Assembly (NCBI GenBank): GCA_000320545.1 | Contig: ADNK01000828.1 | Location: 1-64,000 of the forward strand | DNA length: 64,000 bases | Reading direction: 5' to 3' | Origin: Bigelowiella natans CCMP2755 | Lineage: Eukaryota; Protista; Cercozoa | Shown here: positions 53,987 through 64,000 of the stretch, in pieces | How the letters are laid out: every line of letters begins with the position of its first letter | How positions within the stretch are numbered: position 1 is the stretch's first letter | Notes under the pieces: generated by a model | Told to the model about the DNA's origin: nothing | The model's database searches: none | What the model saw: only the letters and a program-made list of their open reading frames with translations | Position numbers and translations under genes: made by a program

Positions 53987-54349
53987 CTGTCAAAAAATAA
54001 TAAAGTACTCCTCAGACCACGTAACCACCTCCTCCGTTCAATGAGAACCATCGAGTCAGTTCGTACTGTAAGTGTTGTGGCTGTTGTTGTTCATTTTGTA
54101 GTTAGAACAATTATTATTGATAGAATCACGAGGATGAAATATATAGATCCATTTTGCCTAACGAAGGGTTGTCGCAGGTATAAAATGACAAGGTTTATCC
54201 GAAAGAGTTATTCATTTCGATACGTCAAGAGTTGGGCATCCATCCGATGGTGGACGTCCGCAAACGTGGCCTGCAATAACTTTTCGAAGATGACGTTCAG
54301 GGGGGTTCAGCAGATATAAAGCAACAACGCACCTTAACATATAAGCATA

Positions 54350-59101
<4,752 letters not shown>

Positions 59102-60221
59102 GAGCTTGCTAATCGTTGAAGAACCCTGTTTTTCGGCGGAAAATTCATATCTGTTTCTGAGCGAATCGTGAGTCAATAATCATTGTTACTTCATGTGAAA
59201 TCCAGGGCTTATCTTTGGGTCACGAGAAAATGTGATGACAGCTTAAAATCAAGGAAAAATGACAAGCAGTCCAATCGGTCATCTTTCACGTCTACGATTG
59301 ATAGTAACATTTACCTAATTATTACTGTTTTAATTCATTAGGTCGTCACTTTGGTGTGCTACTCCATCAATGTAGACAAGTTCGGAACATATCTAATAAA
59401 TTGCCGGACTTTTCTAAATTCCTTACATGTATCCTATATTGTATAGAGGTTTGGCGCATATGGCAATGTTGCGTACGTATTATACTTTTGCCAGCAAAGC
59501 TAAGATTAACTTCAGGCCTGCACTCTCTATATAGCTCCCGCTGAAATAGAGTCAATTGTAAATCTTTGGCTCACTTCGCATGCAATGCTTGTCAAATTGC
59601 ATCTGTACACGTGCATGCCCGCGGTGGCTAGACATCACATCTGCTAGACATAGCTACACATGCGACAAGGCACGAGTACCCTGCTAGCCTGCTAGCTGAG
59701 TGAAGGACAAGATACATTTTCATTAAGTGTAACGTAGCGCCGTTATCATGCATGTACACAGTCTACCTTGACATATAGGAAATGTTAACATTTCCCCCTA
59801 TATATACGACTAGTTGTCTCATGCATGCAATGTGGTGGCAAGATCATAGGTCAAGCTAGTCGACGCGTGTCTCCGCATGGCTACAAAAATTAGCACATAG
59901 CATGTTATTATATGTCATCGGCTACTGGAATGCTTATGTATACATGCAGCGCATACAAATTCATGACGGACAACAAGTTACTCTTAGCTACATATGCTAC
60001 ATGCCGATGTACATGAAAAATGAGCTTAATTCAATTTTACTTCGCTTTCTCGAACGATACTAAATCGCTAGGCACATGTGTACAAATGTTTCATGCTCTC
60101 TTTCCTGGCAGCTTTGCATCGATGACGACCACTGAACCATCATCCCTAAGAAATCATAGCATGAAATCTCTAATTAGAGTGCGGAGTTTGAATTGAGAAC
60201 TAGCAATAATTTTGCAAAAAG

Positions 60222-62026
60222 CTACATAAATTTGTACCGGACAATAACATTAGAAAGATTGTCGTCAATGTCCATGAGTTTTTCTGTGTCCGGCATGGCG
60301 TTGATCTTCTCCATAAGATTCATCAAGGCTGTGAAACCTGAGGAGGCAATCAAAAAGTTATAAGACCCAGAACTGCGATTCTTACAGGAGAGATGATGAT
60401 GATGATAATGATGATGATGATGATTGTCAGGGGACCTTCCTTACTCTTCTTGGCGCCTGAGATTTCGTCTATGCTTTTAACTCCAAAATACTTATTCCCA
60501 ACTTTACCCTCAACAAACTCTTTGAGAACTATAGGATACTCCTGATAGGCGTCCGCTGATGCACGATTGCTTCCAAAGAATATTGTTCCTACAGCTGGAG
60601 TAGTCCGACAGACATTTATTCTGTGATTCTTGCAAATGTTGTAGATCCTCATCTCGAAGCTCGCCATTTTCATTGAGTGCACGCCCTCCAACCATGGGTA
60701 CGTGTTCTCTTCAGATGGCTGACGTTGATTGATAAGGCGATATACATTGGAATTCAACAAAAGTTCACAAGAATAAGATCATTTCAAAGAGCATAAGTTC
60801 ACAAGAATAAGATCATTTCAAAGAGCATCTACGATACATCCACAATGCTACTGAAATAAGTCCCTTGGGACAAATGTCAAATATAAAGTAGAATTCTCTC
60901 AAGAGCATTTTCTTAGCGCTGCCACTTACAGCAGGAGCAGTAGCAGTATGTATTTCAGGTTCTTGCTCGATAATCGGAAGCTTAACTCCCCAATGCTCGC
61001 CTGTCTTTCTCCAGAACAAGCCCTCGACGCCCATGCCAATGTAAGTCCTATCAATTCGGATTTGCGGCGAAGTGATTAGGTTTTACGAGGATCGGAAACA
61101 TATAATTGAGAGTAGGTTACCATCCCCCAGTGTTAGCCATCTCGACAGTGTAGTCGTCGTTTTTGGAGATTTTCTTGAGTGCTGGAAGTGACTTCTTTGT
61201 GAAATGTAGTGTCATCAATCCCCCAGGACCATCAGCCTGTGCAAATCCAATGTGTTTTCTCCAACTCAGTCGTACACTTTTTCCAACAGGAAAATCGTTC
61301 AGGTTCGAGGTTATTTCCTTTGATGTGAATAATACCTACCTCAACCAAAGCGTCCCTCATGAAAGTAGGATGTTGGACGATACAACCAGTTCCCGGAGTC
61401 AATAGGTTACCATCTTCGATTTTACATCTCCCCTTTGTGTCGTTGAGCTTCCCCCCTGATATAATTACAACATGCGAGTGATTTCCGGTTGCAATCGGTG
61501 AGAGCAATGGAAAGGGGGAGGAATAGTGTGAAATATGCACGGTATCCACAACAACAACAAAAAATAGTAGTTAATGAGCATGAAGATTATGATATAACAA
61601 TGTTGACGATACTGTTGTTAATGGTGGTAATGATCAGGATGGTGAGGAGGATGAGGAAGGAGGAGGATAGTGAAGGTGTCGACGAAATTACGGTGATGAA
61701 TTGCGTTGAGAGCGCCATCAGCTGCAATTATGTCCTGATTTTTTTGATAGCAAAGTTCTGTTATGTTTATCTCACTATTGTATACTCTGGCTCTTCTTTT
61801 CTACGCATCTATCTCCTTTATCTGAGTATTTTCTCTCTATTCCGGGCAGGACACAATTCTCGAGAATTTCCCTCGTTGCATCCCTCATCCCAAACACTCT
61901 GAAGCCGATATATTCCATTTGCACCTGCCCTTGCGATTGGTCTTTATGAAGTCCAGCGCTATCCACTCCTTCTAATGCAACAACAAGCGTCAAGAGTACT
62001 GTGTGTACTGCTTTACTTCCGTGCAT
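60222..62026 (-). CDS. Hypothetical secreted multi-exon protein
   Basis: Signal-like MHGSKAVHTVLLTLVVALEGVDSA. GT-AG exons such as EITSNLNDFPVGKSVRLSWRKHIGFAQADGPGGLMTLHF and final GFTALMNLMEKINAMPD...RYKFM*. One junction near 61050 is not resolved. Confidence 0.55.
60761..60828. repeat. Perfect 34-bp tandem duplication (intronic)
   Basis: aagttcacaagaataagatcatttcaaagagcat occurs at 60761-60794 and 60795-60828. Confidence 0.95.
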
Positions 62027-62321
62027 ATCGAGGGACTGGGGTAGGATTCAAAAATGTATCAAAATTTTGAAACGATCTCCAGGGACTCTCGTTGTTGTTG
62101 TTGTTGTTGTTGTTGTTATTGTTGTTATTGTTGTTGTAGTTGTTGTTGTTGTTGTTGTTGTTGTTACCATTTTCTCTCCTAACATCGCCGGGAGACTCGC
62201 GAGATCCAGCGCAAAGAGGCAGGGAGCGGCAACCGATCAACATCCACTATGAAAATCACTTCGGTGTAACAACATAGCTGGGAAGTCAAGGGCGCGAAAA
62301 GATTAACTAACTAACTAACTA

Positions 62322-63556
62322 ACATTGTTTCTTGTTTCTTGTTTGGCACTGCGTTTCGGACCTCACTGTTTCACAACAGCTTTCTGGAAGTTCCTGCTCA
62401 GAACAATTGGATTTGGACCTCACTCACTGAAGTTGGTTCGAGGATGCACTGCGTTTCGCACATTGCAAACGTCTTGCAACACTTTGGAAACGCAGTTCGA
62501 TCATCGTTCATTGCAATTGGTTCATTGTTCACTGTTCACAGCAGAGTGCCAATTTTCAAACGCTGCTGGTTTCACTGGTTGGTCCTCACTGAAGCTCGTT
62601 CGAGGCACTGTGTTTCGCATGTTGCCAAATTGCAAACGTTTTGCGTGTGACGTTTTGGAAACGCACTCCATCACCACGTTTGCTTTTTTTGTTTGTTCAT
62701 TGCAAGTGATGTAGTTCTTCATCATTGTTTCATTGTTTCATTGTCGTGCAACACTTTGGAAGTGTGGTCGATCAGCAAACTTTCTTTTTCTCTCTCTTTC
62801 TTGCGTCACACAACCCCAGCTGCTGACGACAACTTTGCTGTGACTGCTGCATGGTGACTGGGGAACAACTCTGCCTCACAACACCGGATGGTTTCAAGGA
62901 AGCAAGCCAAACTTTCAAACCACTTGACTTTTTGGAAACGAGCGCGGAGTGTTCCAATGCCGTTGACCAACAAGGCAAAATCAACTTTCTCAGTTTCTCT
63001 GTTCAACACGTTCAGCTGCAATGTGGAGCAGGTCGTGCGCGTGATGCATGTCGTCTGTGACAGCAGTCGCACACACTTCACGGCGGGAACAGTGTGTCAC
63101 ACGCACATCGCGCGCATTTTCCACAGTCCAGCGATGCACAAAGTGGGAAAGCAGAATTGTTGATCACAAACCACGGTCTCAAGTCAATCGCACAATGCTG
63201 GAATGAGTTCTGTCAGTCTGTCAGCCCACGCGCGCGCAATGCTGTGACCAAAGCGTGAGTCAATTGCAACAAAAGTGCTGCTTGCCAACTGACCGACGTG
63301 CCACTCTGGCACTGCTAGACTGCTTGCATGCGTGTGCACCCGTCATGTGCAGCGACACGTTTGTTGATGACTGGCATTGACCATGCTGGCATGGACCAAT
63401 TCGACAAATGCTGCAATGTGAGGTGCACGTGCACAAGGTGTGCATGTGCAACAAAGATCCTGTCTGTTTTTGAGATGATTGTTTTCATTTTTTTTGAGAT
63501 GGTTGTTTTCAAATTTTCTGTTCAATCAATGCCGCACAATGAACATTGTGACCAAT
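62322..63556. other. TpA-depleted tract with degenerate repeats (relic element)
   Basis: Manual count: only 2 TA in 1235 bp (62712 in GTAG, 63316 in CTAG), with many CpG. Bounded on the left by a (TAAC)n run. Confidence 0.9.
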
Positions 63557-64000
63557 TAAAATCATGCCCTCCTTCGCAATTACTGTCGGTGAGTTGGCCT
63601 CATCTAGCGAATGATGGCTACATGTCGGTTGCTGGTCAACACAACAAAGGACAAGCGCTCGAAATGAAATGTGGCTGCCCCCCTACCCACAAATATGATA
63701 TTTCATGATTTATTTGAATCTGCCGGCATCTCGCTGGAATGTGCATCTGCTATGTCTTTTAATGTTCTGATAACAAAGGGGGGAAAGAAGAATGAGCGAT
63801 GAAAACAATGTCAGAAGCGATTAGAAGTTGGTAATTAAGAGAAGAATTCTTACAAACTAAAGGTATGGATATAACTATCATCAACAGGATAAACATCTTT
63901 TCACCTGAAGAAAAGAGCTATAGTCTTTAAATCCTCCCATGTTCCTACGAAGCGGATGGCCTCTCTTGGCACATTTGTAATGATGAAAGACTTCTCCTGC

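Noticed and set aside
60222-62026. Glycosyltransferase (GT25-like) assignment for the secreted protein
   Set aside because: Only loose resemblance; no clear DxD/EDD motif could be placed and one splice junction is unresolved.
63058-63060. In-frame TGA as selenocysteine or readthrough
   Set aside because: It lies in a decayed relic frame with no SECIS evidence and no recognisable selenoprotein context.

Overview
Eukaryotic nuclear DNA: gene-dense, intron-rich (GT-AG introns) and saturated with microsatellites. At least four genes carry signal-peptide plus transit-peptide-like leaders, which points to an alga with a secondary plastid, most likely a chlorarachniophyte (Bigelowiella-like). That identification is inference. 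Manual splicing recovers about 16 genes, many invisible in the ORF track: a large unknown gene running off the left edge, a THEM6-like thioesterase, exportin CSE1, a 7x EGF membrane protein, a CBS-domain protein, a Cys-rich repeat protein, a LYAR-type zinc finger, an AlkB-like dioxygenase with zinc fingers, alanyl-tRNA synthetase, a SET/MYND (SMYD-like) methyltransferase, an SGF29-like Tudor protein, a DUF1499 thylakoid-type protein, a QSOX sulfhydryl oxidase and several hypotheticals. No rRNA, tRNA or CRISPR array was seen. The most striking unexplained signal is three intergenic tracts (14543-15184, 33631-35187, 62322-63556) from which the dinucleotide TpA is almost absent on both strands. 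CpG is retained there, TG/CA is abundant, and nearly all surviving TpA lies in CTAG. This looks like a TA->TG/CA hypermutation acting on relic elements, the mirror image of fungal RIP. The second highlight is a CSE1 exportin whose N-terminal extension ends in the ubiquitin-like motif RLRGG exactly where homology begins. All exon structures and dinucleotide counts are manual and need computational confirmation.
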